A DNA stretch of 64,000 nucleotides from an uncultured Candidatus Saccharibacteria bacterium (GTDB taxonomy: Bacteria; Patescibacteriota; Saccharimonadia; Saccharimonadales; AWTP1-31): positions 3,595-67,594 of the forward strand of contig CAZIBG010000004.1 of NCBI GenBank assembly GCA_964536985.1, in the 5' to 3' direction. Below are positions 47,541 through 56,591 of this stretch, piece by piece. Every line of letters begins with the position of its first letter. Within the stretch, counting starts at the first letter, position 1. The notes under the pieces are model-generated. The model was not told the DNA's origin and searched no databases. It worked only from the letters and a program-made list of their open reading frames with translations. The position numbers and the translations under genes are program-made.

Positions 47541-48521
47541 TTAACTGTCAGCTGTGATTAGGTTGGTTACCTGCAAAACTATATGCTTGGCAGTAAGACC
47601 AAAATGCTCTAAGAGTTCGTCTGGCTGACCTGATTCGCCAAAGCGGTCCTGCATTCCCATCCGCTTCATCTTTGTCGGAAGATGCTCACCGAGTAATTCT
47701 GCAACTGCACCCCCTAGGCCGCCATTGATTTGAGCCTCTTCGATAGTTACAACATGTTTAGTCTTCTTGGCGCTAGCCAAGATTGTGACGCTATCGAGTG
47801 GCTTAATGGTGGGTACATGGACGACTTCTGCGCTGATACCGGACTTGGCAAGTCTTTCGGCGGCAACCATAGCCTGGAAAGTCATAAGCCCGGTCGAGAC
47901 TATCGATACGTCCGTGCCTTCGCGGTATACATACGCTTTGCCAATTTCAAACGGTGTCTTGCTGGTAGTAATGACTGCGGAGGCTTCTCTTGCAAGTCGT
48001 AGATATGCTGGACGCTTATCTTTGGCAAGGGCCAATGTGGCCCGTTCAGCCTCAAGACTGTCGCCTGGCACAATAACTACCATATTTGGAAGTACCCGCA
48101 TCAATGCTATGTCTTCTAGCATTTGGTGGGTTGCACCGTCTGGCCCTACCGAAACGCCTGCATGAGATCCGACAATCTTTACGGGGCGATCGTTCAAGCA
48201 GATGGTAGTGCGAATTTGCTCCCAGTTGCGTCCTGGGCTAAATGCAGCGTAAGAACTTACGAATGGAATTTTTCCCATCGCAGCCAATCCAGAGCCTACG
48301 GTCACCAGGTTTTGTTCGGCAACGCCAATTTCTATAAAACGCTCAGGGAATGCATCTTTAAATAGGCTCATCTGAGTAGAGTCTGTAAGGTCTGCGCATG
48401 CTGCCACCACATTATCGTCTAGTTCTCCGGCGGCTTTCAGGCCACGCCCAAAGCCCTTCCTGATAGGTTCCATTGATATATCTTTAGCTAAAAAATCAGA
48501 TACAAGGTTTAGACTACTCAT
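47541..48521 (-). CDS. transketolase, C-terminal (pyrimidine-binding) subunit
   Basis: MSSLNLVSDFL...RKGFGRGL...FIEIGVAEQNLV...SSYAAF. I moved the start to the ATG at 48521, giving an 8-nt overlap with the N-terminal subunit. The tracked start at 48632 would overlap that gene by 119 nt. Confidence 0.9.
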   Translation of the reverse strand: MSSLNLVSDFLAKDISMEPIRKGFGRGLKAAGELDDNVVAACADLTDSTQMSLFKDAFPERFIEIGVAEQNLVTVGSGLAAMGKIPFVSSYAAFSPGRNWEQIRTTICLNDRPVKIVGSHAGVSVGPDGATHQMLEDIALMRVLPNMVVIVPGDSLEAERATLALAKDKRPAYLRLAREASAVITTSKTPFEIGKAYVYREGTDVSIVSTGLMTFQAMVAAERLAKSGISAEVVHVPTIKPLDSVTILASAKKTKHVVTIEEAQINGGLGGAVAELLGEHLPTKMKRMGMQDRFGESGQPDELLEHFGLTAKHIVLQVTNLITADS

Positions 48522-49368
48522 GTTCACTCCTAATTTTTCCTCGTAATGTTCTGAGTTCATGTAAGGCTTCTTTTGCCTGCTCATGATCGGGTGGTTTGCC
48601 GTGCCAAGTAAAATCATACTCCATGAAATCAACGCCTTTACCAGGTATGGTATGGGCTATAATCATGACCGGTTTTTCGACGACAGCACGAGCCATAGAG
48701 CAAGCATCAATAATTGCTTCTATGTTGTTACCATCAATCTCAATCACATGCCATCCAAATGACTCCCATTTGCCCTTTAAGCTTTCGAGTGGCATGACTG
48801 ATTCGGTAGGGCCGTCAATTTGTATATTATTGCGATCGATTATTCCGATAATATTACTTAGTTTGTATTTGCTGGCTAGCATTGCGGCTTCCCAAATATT
48901 TCCTTCATCCAGCTCCCCATCACCCATGACCACATACACCCATCGGTGATGATCTTGATTCATACGCATCGCCAGTGCAATGCCGGCAGCCTGACTGAGC
49001 CCACATCCAAGTGGTCCGCTGGTAGTTTCCATGCCTGGTAGCTTTAAACGCTCTGGATGACCCTGGAGTCGAGAGCCAAACTTTCGTAAGGTTTGGAGTT
49101 CTGCCCTTTCAAAATATCCAGCGTTGGCCATAGCTGCGTAACGAACAGGTACCGTATGCCCATTGCTAAGGAGTAGAATATCGCGCTCATCCCAATCGGG
49201 GTCCTTAGGGTTATGCTTGAGAATATCAAAGTATAAGGCCGTAAATATATCCGCCAAACCAAGTGGTCCGGCACTATGGCCACTTCCTGCGGCCTCTAGC
49301 ATACGAATAATATCCTCGCGAACTGTCTCTGCTTTTAACTCAAGTTCTTGGAGTGATAATGCCCCCAT
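48514..49368 (-). CDS. transketolase, N-terminal (TPP-binding) subunit
   Basis: 284 aa with SGHSAGPLGLADIFTALYF, LSNGH and GDGELDEGNIWEA. Confidence 0.9.
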   Translation of the reverse strand: MGALSLQELELKAETVREDIIRMLEAAGSGHSAGPLGLADIFTALYFDILKHNPKDPDWDERDILLLSNGHTVPVRYAAMANAGYFERAELQTLRKFGSRLQGHPERLKLPGMETTSGPLGCGLSQAAGIALAMRMNQDHHRWVYVVMGDGELDEGNIWEAAMLASKYKLSNIIGIIDRNNIQIDGPTESVMPLESLKGKWESFGWHVIEIDGNNIEAIIDACSMARAVVEKPVMIIAHTIPGKGVDFMEYDFTWHGKPPDHEQAKEALHELRTLRGKIRSEHE

Positions 49369-50003
49369 TAGAATGCTCCTATTTCTTTTTCTAGTTTAGC
49401 ATAAGCACTTTTTGGATTCTTAGCATTGTGGATGTACCCACCAACATTTAGTACATCAATACCACCTTCAACTAGTTTTGACACATTAGCCAGGTCAATG
49501 CCGCCGTCCCAACCAATCTCAATATCCGGTCGTATTTTACGGATTGCAGTTACTTTAGTAAGTAAGGCCAACCGAGCATGTCCGCCGAAGTGCCCCAGGT
49601 CGCCACTGAAAATCAGTACGTGATCAATGTCTTTTAGCGCTGGCTCAATCTTTTCAACTGGTGTATCTGCTAGCAATGCAACGCCTACCTTTATTCCTTT
49701 TTCTTGAAGGGGTCGAGCGGCGTCATAAAAATTTCCAACGCTTTCGGCATGTAGAATTACTAGGCTTGGCTTGAGACTGACGATTGTATCTAGGAACGGA
49801 AATACCGTTTCATACATCATATGCAGGTCACATTTCACTCCCTCCGGCCACCAAATTTTATCAATATCAATCAATCGGGTTGGAGCAAAAACTCCGTCAG
49901 TGAGGTCTATATGTACACGTTTAGCGAAACCTGACAGACGTTCAAGCTGTTCTCGAAGCTCGTGTGGCTCGTTGGCCATGACCGTTGGACATATAACAGG
50001 CAT
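49368..50003 (-). CDS. rpe: ribulose-phosphate 3-epimerase family protein
   Basis: 211 aa. The metal and catalytic positions are conserved: VHIDLTDGVFAP, CDLHMM, VILHAES and GWDGGI. Its stop overlaps the tkt-N ATG (TAATG). Confidence 0.7.
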   Translation of the reverse strand: MPVICPTVMANEPHELREQLERLSGFAKRVHIDLTDGVFAPTRLIDIDKIWWPEGVKCDLHMMYETVFPFLDTIVSLKPSLVILHAESVGNFYDAARPLQEKGIKVGVALLADTPVEKIEPALKDIDHVLIFSGDLGHFGGHARLALLTKVTAIRKIRPDIEIGWDGGIDLANVSKLVEGGIDVLNVGGYIHNAKNPKSAYAKLEKEIGAF

Positions 50004-50004
50004 A

Positions 50005-50451
50005 CTACGTTAATTGATCCATCTCTTTTATTCGTCGAGTAAACCGAGGAGCGTCGGCAAAGGCTGTATTGAGCCAGGTTTCGACGATTAAGTTAGCTTG
50101 ATCATCGCTAAGGATTTTGGCAGGCAGGCAAAGAACATTGCAGTCATCATCATTACGAGCTGTCCTAACAGACTCAGTATTGTAGCCTAGGCAGGCTCTG
50201 ATACCTTTAAATCTGTTAGCAGCCATCATGATGCCTTGCCCACTGCCGCAGATCAAGATGCCTCGAGCGTCGCCGTCGTCGCTAGATAAAATGTCGTTAG
50301 CAACGGTGGCAGCGAAAACCGGAAAGTCGTCCTGAGGATTTAATTCCTTATTCCCATCGTCATGGACATCATAGCCGGCACTCTTAAGGTACTGCACAAG
50401 TTCATTGCGCAAATAGTATCCATTATGGTCAGCGCCGATATATATGATCAT
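50005..50451 (-). CDS. rpiB: ribose-5-phosphate isomerase B
   Basis: MIIYIGADHNGYYLRNELVQYLK...GILICGSGQGIMMAANR. I moved the start to the ATG at 50451. The tracked start at 50553 would overlap gap by 101 nt. Confidence 0.9.
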   Translation of the reverse strand: MIIYIGADHNGYYLRNELVQYLKSAGYDVHDDGNKELNPQDDFPVFAATVANDILSSDDGDARGILICGSGQGIMMAANRFKGIRACLGYNTESVRTARNDDDCNVLCLPAKILSDDQANLIVETWLNTAFADAPRFTRRIKEMDQLT

Positions 50452-50452
50452 G

Positions 50453-51493
50453 TTAGCTGTGGTGTTCTTTGTGATCGTGCTTTTCGTGCAGAAGTCTTCC
50501 GGTATCCGAAACAACTTCGACCAGACGGTTGCTGTAGCCCCATTCGTTGTCATACCAAGCCACTACCTTGAGCATATTGTCACCAATAACAGCAGTTAGC
50601 TTAAGGTCAACCGTTGCTGAATGACTATTGCCAATGTAGTCGCTACTCACTAGCTCTTCTTCTGTAACTGCTAGGATACCCTGATAAAATGGCTCTTTAG
50701 CTGCTCGCTTGAAGACCTCATTGACTGCCTCAACAGTAACTGGCTTCTTGGTGATAATAACAAAGTCACTTAGTGACACTACCGGTGTAGGTACACGTAC
50801 ACTCATACCACCAAAGATGCCTTCCAGAGCTGGCAATGCTAATGCGGCAGCCTTAGACGCGCCGGTAGTAGTTGGCACAATATTTTCAGCAGCATTGCGA
50901 GCTTCTCTAAGATCCTTAGCTGGAGCATCCTGAAGCTTCTGGCTTGCAGTATAGCTGTGAACGGTTGTCATCATAGCTTTATCAATACCAAAATGGTTTT
51001 CGATAATCGCAGCTACTGGAGTTATACAGTTAGTGGTACATGATGCATTGCTAATGATATCTTCTGCTGTTTCAAGCTTATCTTCGTTTACGCCAAGTAC
51101 GATAGTGGTTGCACCATCACCCTTAGCAGGACCAGAAATAACTACTTTGTGCGCACCTGCGTCGATGTGCCCCTTAGCGAGCGCAGGGTCAACAAAAAAT
51201 CCGGTCGATTCAATAACAACATCAACTTTAAGTTCTTTCCACGGCAATGCACTAGGCTCTTTTTCTGCACAGACCTTAATGTGTTTCTTGTTAACAATGA
51301 TATTGGTGTCATCGAATGTAACGTCGTGCTGATAGGTGCCATAGTTGCTATCGTGCTTCAAAAGATGCGCTAACGTCTTTGTGTCCGTGAGATCATTGAT
51401 TGCAACAATCTCTATATCTGGACGCTCAAACGCTACCTTAAAAGCATTTCGGCCTATACGACCAAAACCATTGATTGCTACTCGTGTCTTCAT
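50453..51493 (-). CDS. gap: type I glyceraldehyde-3-phosphate dehydrogenase
   Basis: 346 aa with INGFGRIGR, the active site ASCTTNC and WYDNEWGYS. Confidence 0.95.
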   Translation of the reverse strand: MKTRVAINGFGRIGRNAFKVAFERPDIEIVAINDLTDTKTLAHLLKHDSNYGTYQHDVTFDDTNIIVNKKHIKVCAEKEPSALPWKELKVDVVIESTGFFVDPALAKGHIDAGAHKVVISGPAKGDGATTIVLGVNEDKLETAEDIISNASCTTNCITPVAAIIENHFGIDKAMMTTVHSYTASQKLQDAPAKDLREARNAAENIVPTTTGASKAAALALPALEGIFGGMSVRVPTPVVSLSDFVIITKKPVTVEAVNEVFKRAAKEPFYQGILAVTEEELVSSDYIGNSHSATVDLKLTAVIGDNMLKVVAWYDNEWGYSNRLVEVVSDTGRLLHEKHDHKEHHS

Positions 51494-51574
51494 AATTGCC
51501 CCCGTTACCCTGATCTCAACTTAGATGTATTTCTATACTTAAAGCATAACCGATATATCTATGTCAGGCAATGC

Positions 51575-52093
51575 TCAGACATCAACTTCTTTGAAGTAAT
51601 AGTCCCATGCAGGATATTCAACCGAGAATATCTTTTCGGGATTATTTACGAATATTTTCTTAAACTCAGATGCATCCATCCATTCCACATCTTGATTCTC
51701 TCCATCCTGAGCACGGGGTTCTCCTGGCTCGACATTACAGCGGAATATCAGACCAATCCATGGTCGCCCATCCTTGAGCTGCTGAGTGCAGCAAAACGGT
51801 CTGAATCCAAAGACGGCATCTGACTGTTGAGGCGAAAATACTTCGGTTTTATCGTCATTAATAATTTGGGATACCGTAAGGCCGGTTTCTTCCATTACTT
51901 CACGATTGAGGGTTTCGTAAATATTCTCGTAAAGTTTGTCCAGGCTACCGGCTGCAAATTCTAATGTACCATTGTAAATTGATTCTGTATTTTTGTGATT
52001 ACGAACTTGAATCAGGAACTGTAACTTACCTTCATGTTGTCTTTCGATTATTGCCGCCGCGAAAGGAATAGCGTATTTTCGGTTATCGTCCAT
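51575..52093 (-). CDS. NUDIX hydrolase
   Basis: 172 aa. The Nudix box is G(x5)E(x7)REVMEETGL (GSLDKLYENIYETLNREVMEETGL). It overlaps the upstream methyltransferase gene by 11 nt. Confidence 0.75.
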   Translation of the reverse strand: MDDNRKYAIPFAAAIIERQHEGKLQFLIQVRNHKNTESIYNGTLEFAAGSLDKLYENIYETLNREVMEETGLTVSQIINDDKTEVFSPQQSDAVFGFRPFCCTQQLKDGRPWIGLIFRCNVEPGEPRAQDGENQDVEWMDASEFKKIFVNNPEKIFSVEYPAWDYYFKEVDV

Positions 52094-52730
52094 GCTTCAT
52101 ACCTATAAACTGTATTAGCCCACTATTACCGATGGCCTCGTCTTTGGCAGTTTTACCGTTGTCATCAAGGATGATAGTATCAAAGCCTTGCATCATATCG
52201 CCGAGCATATCAACTGTAAAATATCGTTTAGTTAAGGTCCCAAAATCGATCAGACCGTCTTCTGCCTTACTCGCATCATATTCGGAATCCGCCTGTGAAT
52301 TCACAAGAACGGCGAGTATGCCGCCAGGCTTTAAAACTCTTTTAATTTCAGATAAAATCGACTCCATCTCTTCGTCATTGAAATAATGTAACACTAGGTG
52401 TGCATATACAGCATTAAATTGCTGATTGACAAATTCAAATGGTTGAGTTACATCTAAGACTTTGAGTTCAAGATCGCCTCCACTGGTGACGTTCTTGTCT
52501 TGGATACTAGCAAAAAACTGATCTTGGGCATCTGTCGCAGTAACATTAAAGCCTTCTCGCGAAAACCATAGCCCATCCTGACCTACGCCCGTACCGAGTT
52601 CAAGTATGTCCCCTCCAGCAGGTACATGACTCGCTGTCATGATTGCAAAAGGGTTGGGCGTACCTGCCCATGGTGTAGCAGAATAGTCTGCAAGCTTCTT
52701 TTGCCAGTGGCTCGCAGGGTAACTGGCCAT
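52083..52730 (-). CDS. class I SAM-dependent methyltransferase
   Basis: 215 aa with motif I ILELGTGVGQDG, followed by GGILAVLV. Confidence 0.75.
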   Translation of the reverse strand: MASYPASHWQKKLADYSATPWAGTPNPFAIMTASHVPAGGDILELGTGVGQDGLWFSREGFNVTATDAQDQFFASIQDKNVTSGGDLELKVLDVTQPFEFVNQQFNAVYAHLVLHYFNDEEMESILSEIKRVLKPGGILAVLVNSQADSEYDASKAEDGLIDFGTLTKRYFTVDMLGDMMQGFDTIILDDNGKTAKDEAIGNSGLIQFIGMKHGR

Positions 52731-52734
52731 TACC

Positions 52735-53376
52735 CTATGCTTCCTCTGTCGGCTGAGGTGATAGTGAGGTCATAATTTTAGGATTTTCCAACCCTAAAGC
52801 ATCTGCTACTGCAATTAGTACAACTTCAACAGATGATGCCATTGCTGGTTCGGCTCCCACCAGACGACGAGCACCGCATGACTGACTTCTAGAATAATCA
52901 TGTCGAACACGCCCCTCGAAGCTGCGTCCGGTCGCCAGATCATAGCTCAGAGAGCTATCGAGCTGATAAGCGCCATGTTCACGGTTAAACTGGGCAATCG
53001 AAACTGTTGTCCGAGGATTATTCTCCGGAACTGGAGCAGCTTCATCAGGTCTGCCAGTAAAGACAGCAGATCTGATATGCTGACCTGTTGGCTGATCTGT
53101 AAAACTATATTCACGAAGATCTAGAACACCGCCGGCATTAAATTGTATACGTACATCTGATCGAAATAACCCTTTTCTATCAACATCTGATCTATCCGTA
53201 GTCGCAAGTCCAAATTTTGTAATGAATTTATTCGATCTTGTCGATGGACGTCGCAGGTGATCAAAGATTGAGGTTCCAAGATCCAGTATTTCTTCTAGTC
53301 TTTGTTGCTTTTGCTCTGGTGTCCAGACTTCTGGAGTTCGCTTTTCGATTACACCGCCACACGCTGGAATAGACAT
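52735..53376 (-). CDS. hypothetical protein (213 aa)
   Basis: I placed the start at the ATG at 53376 (MSIPACGG...), which forms a TAATG overlap with the ppa stop. The tracked start at 53406 would overlap ppa by 31 nt. The protein is Arg/Ser-rich and no family is recognised. Confidence 0.5.
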   Translation of the reverse strand: MSIPACGGVIEKRTPEVWTPEQKQQRLEEILDLGTSIFDHLRRPSTRSNKFITKFGLATTDRSDVDRKGLFRSDVRIQFNAGGVLDLREYSFTDQPTGQHIRSAVFTGRPDEAAPVPENNPRTTVSIAQFNREHGAYQLDSSLSYDLATGRSFEGRVRHDYSRSQSCGARRLVGAEPAMASSVEVVLIAVADALGLENPKIMTSLSPQPTEEA

Positions 53377-53909
53377 TACGCCTCTTTCTCCCACCGTTCT
53401 TGACACTCAACAATAATTGTTTTTGCATCCTCAATATTACCCCAGCCTTGGACATTGGTGGAGCCAGGCTTCTTGAGGTCTTTGTAATGACTAAAGTGGT
53501 GCTCAAGTTGTTTTAGGAGCGCCGGGCTAAGATCATCAAGGCTATTGATTGAATCACCTGTGTGTCGATCATCAGCAGGGACAACCACAACCTTATGGTC
53601 CATTTCGCCGTCATCTTCGAAGTTCAGAATACCAATAATCTTTCCTTGAACCACTACACCGGTTGCAATAGGCTCATTACAAATTATCAAAGCGTCTAGT
53701 TCGTCGCCATCGTCGTCGAGTGACTGAGGGATGAATCCGTAGTTACAAGGCTTAGCAAAAATACCAGGTTCAACACGGTCAAGCTCAAAGATAGCTTTCT
53801 TGCGGTTCCACTCAACTTTTAGCTGGGAACCTGTACCTATTTCGATAACTACATTCACTACGCCGCCAGCAACATCACCAGCATCAAGGATTTTGTTAAA
53901 ATCAGCCAT
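53376..53909 (-). CDS. ppa: inorganic pyrophosphatase (family I)
   Basis: The protein begins MADFNKILDAG. It carries NVVIEIGTGSQLKVEW, YGFIPQSLDDDGDELDALI and DHKVV. I moved the start to 53909, where AAAGGAG lies 5-6 nt upstream. Confidence 0.9.
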   Translation of the reverse strand: MADFNKILDAGDVAGGVVNVVIEIGTGSQLKVEWNRKKAIFELDRVEPGIFAKPCNYGFIPQSLDDDGDELDALIICNEPIATGVVVQGKIIGILNFEDDGEMDHKVVVVPADDRHTGDSINSLDDLSPALLKQLEHHFSHYKDLKKPGSTNVQGWGNIEDAKTIIVECQERWEKEA

Positions 53910-53974
53910 CAATTCTCCTTTATGGTCACTTCCAATCAATAATATATCAGTAATATTGTACACTATTAGTAAGT

Positions 53975-54667
53975 ATGCGTATCATCGGCCATAGAGGAGC
54001 GGCCAGCTTAGCTCCCGAAAATAGTATCCGCAGTATTCAAGCCGCGATTAAGGCGGGTGTTGATGGGATAGAATTTGACGTAAGGCTCAGTAAAGATGGG
54101 AAGCTGTTCTTGTGTCATGATCCAACATTGGAGCGTACGCACGATGTTGACCGTCATATCGCCCATTTAACCGCTAAAGAACTTATGAAAATCAAAGGCC
54201 CAGATGGTGATCATGTTCCTCCTCTAGAAGAAGCATTGAAAGCGGCCGGCAATACACCGCTGTTTATTGAGGCAAAAGCGCGGGGTTGGGCGAAACCCTT
54301 GGCCAATACCCTAGCAAAACATCCAAATAAAAAGCTATTTACCGTTATTGCCTTCAATCATCAAGAATTATTTGAATTCAGTGAATTCTGTCCAGATATT
54401 CCCGTCTACGTTTTAGAGCACCGCAATCCATTTGACGCCATAAATGCTGCTCGCGTGTATGGGTTTGATGGAATTGACGTAAACTACTGGACGATGAACC
54501 CCCTCGCTTACTATCTATGCAAGCGACATAATCTTGGAATAATCGTCTACACCGCCAACATACCGTGGATCGCTCGTCTATTCCAGAAACTTTATCCTCG
54601 AATATCGATAACTACCAATGTGCCCCACAAAATTCGTTCACGTAAGAGTTTAATGGCCAAGCGATGA
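53975..54667 (+). CDS. glycerophosphodiester phosphodiesterase family protein
   Basis: 230 aa. IIGHRGAASLAPENSIRSIQAAIKAGVDGIEFDVRLSKDGKLFLCHD is the canonical GDPD N-terminus. Confidence 0.85.
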   Translation: MRIIGHRGAASLAPENSIRSIQAAIKAGVDGIEFDVRLSKDGKLFLCHDPTLERTHDVDRHIAHLTAKELMKIKGPDGDHVPPLEEALKAAGNTPLFIEAKARGWAKPLANTLAKHPNKKLFTVIAFNHQELFEFSEFCPDIPVYVLEHRNPFDAINAARVYGFDGIDVNYWTMNPLAYYLCKRHNLGIIVYTANIPWIARLFQKLYPRISITTNVPHKIRSRKSLMAKR

Positions 54668-55338
54668 ATGCCACACTTCAATCGGTAGTACGTGAAACAT
54701 CAGACATATCGACATTCATCTTTAAAACCGAACGACCTTTGCGCTATATTGCAGGCCAATTTATAGAACTCACCCTAGTCCATGGTGAGCCTGACGACAG
54801 AGGCACTAAACGATGGTTTACACTCTCTTCTGCGCCAGGACATGAAACGATATCGATAACAACAAAGCTGGCAACAAAACCAAGTACCTTTAAATCCCAT
54901 CTGTGGGAACTTAAGCCTGGAGGTACAGTTGATATCAGTGAACCAATGGGGGATTTTGTTTTACCAAAAGATCCCAGTATACCATTGGTATTTGTGGCAG
55001 GTGGTATTGGCATAACACCTTTCCACTCAATAATTCAGTGGCTGGTAGATACCAACCAATCTCGCACGATTCAGTGCATATATAGTGTTAATGATGAATC
55101 AGAGTTACTATTTGCCGAAACGCTGCAGCGAGCATTTGTTTCTGTAAGTATTCGAATCAGCCAACCCAACCTAACTGCCCATGAAATAGTTACTGTTGTA
55201 AATGGCCTCAAAGAAAAACAACTATATATTTCCGGTCCTGAGCCTATGACTGAATCAATTGTTGAACAATTTAAGCGTCAGGGATACACCCAGGATCAAT
55301 TAATAACTGACTACTTCCCAGGCTACAGTTCTATTTAG
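54664..55338 (+). CDS. FNR-like FAD/NAD(P)-binding oxidoreductase
   Basis: 224 aa with RWFTLSS (RxYS-type FAD motif) and VFVAGGIGITPF (NAD(P) motif). It forms an ATGA overlap with the GDPD gene. Confidence 0.7.
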   Translation: MNATLQSVVRETSDISTFIFKTERPLRYIAGQFIELTLVHGEPDDRGTKRWFTLSSAPGHETISITTKLATKPSTFKSHLWELKPGGTVDISEPMGDFVLPKDPSIPLVFVAGGIGITPFHSIIQWLVDTNQSRTIQCIYSVNDESELLFAETLQRAFVSVSIRISQPNLTAHEIVTVVNGLKEKQLYISGPEPMTESIVEQFKRQGYTQDQLITDYFPGYSSI

Positions 55339-56318
55339 TCTTTTTGCTGTTTGAGATTATCGAGATATTCACGAATCATTAAAGCAGCAGTTGCGCCTTC
55401 GCCAGTTGCACTTGCTATCTGCATAGTGGCACCGCTTCGGACATCGCCAGCAGCGTATACACCTTTGATGGCTGTCTTAAGATGATGGTCGGTCTTAACG
55501 AGGCCAATATCATCAAGCTCAATTTTGCTTCCTTTAAGGAATTCAGTGTTTGGAGACAAGCCTACGAAGATGAAGACGCCATCAGTCTTGAACTCTCGTT
55601 TTTTGCCAGTAGTAGTGTGAGTGCTTATGACATGACTAACCATCTTATCAACTCCAACAATCTCGTCTGTAGTGCTGTTGAGGTGAACCGTTATTTTATC
55701 AGTATGTTTTTTTAGTTCCTTCTGTAGAACTTCACTAGCACGCATGCTATCGCCACGAACAAGTAAGTCAATATGGCTTGCAAATCGAGTCAGGAAGATT
55801 GCTTCTTGTACTGCCGAGTTTCCGCCACCGACGACAACTAGTTTCTTATCACGATAGAAGGCTCCATCGCATGTCGCACAATAATGTACGCCACGGGCAA
55901 AGTACTCTTGCTCGCCAGGTACACCAATCTTCTTATAATCGCTACCTGTGGCAATTAGAATTGACCGCGCCTTAATGTCGCCACTGGTTGTCTTTAAGAG
56001 TTTGTGGTCGCCTTCATCTGTAATTTCCATGACCTCTCCGAGCTCGATAACTGCACCGAATCGTTCCGCTTGGAGTCTGAGGTTATCGGCAAGTTCCAGT
56101 CCGGCTATTCCCTTGGGGAACCCAGGGTAGTTGTCTACCCAGTCAGTTATGGCTGCCAACCCACCAATAACACCCTTTTCGAAAAGTAAGGTAGTGATGT
56201 CTTCACGGGTCGTATAGACTGCCGCGCTGAGTGCTGCCGGTCCGGCACCAATCATTACTACGTCCCATACTTTATGGGCGGTTGCATCTGGCGGAGGAGT
56301 TTGAATTTTGTCGGTCAT
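55335..56318 (-). CDS. trxB: thioredoxin-disulfide reductase
   Basis: 327 aa with GAGPAALSAA, the redox-active CATCDG and GGGNSAVQEA. Confidence 0.95.
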   Translation of the reverse strand: MTDKIQTPPPDATAHKVWDVVMIGAGPAALSAAVYTTREDITTLLFEKGVIGGLAAITDWVDNYPGFPKGIAGLELADNLRLQAERFGAVIELGEVMEITDEGDHKLLKTTSGDIKARSILIATGSDYKKIGVPGEQEYFARGVHYCATCDGAFYRDKKLVVVGGGNSAVQEAIFLTRFASHIDLLVRGDSMRASEVLQKELKKHTDKITVHLNSTTDEIVGVDKMVSHVISTHTTTGKKREFKTDGVFIFVGLSPNTEFLKGSKIELDDIGLVKTDHHLKTAIKGVYAAGDVRSGATMQIASATGEGATAALMIREYLDNLKQQKD

Positions 56319-56566
56319 CAGGAAACTGCCGGTGCTAGTTTGGCAAGGTTATAACCTACTACAACCTCTTTTGAATCGTCATCACGTGTAATAACTGTCA
56401 CAGGGACAGCCAACTGACCGCTGATTTCGAAGGCTTCTTTTTGGCGTTCTGGATGATCGTCAAGATTTACTTCTTGGTAGCTATGGCCTTTGGCCCCAAG
56501 CCACTTCTTAACCATGACGCAGTATGCGCAGGTGTTTGTAGTGAAAATTGTAATGTCTTTAGCCAT
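56318..56566 (-). CDS. glutaredoxin/NrdH-like small redoxin
   Basis: MAKDITIFTTNTCAYCVMVKKWL contains a CxxC motif. I moved the start to 56566, where AAAGGAG lies 6 nt upstream. Its stop overlaps the trxB ATG. Confidence 0.8.
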   Translation of the reverse strand: MAKDITIFTTNTCAYCVMVKKWLGAKGHSYQEVNLDDHPERQKEAFEISGQLAVPVTVITRDDDSKEVVVGYNLAKLAPAVS

Positions 56567-56591
56567 GACGAACTCCTTTATTTTGGTCGTT

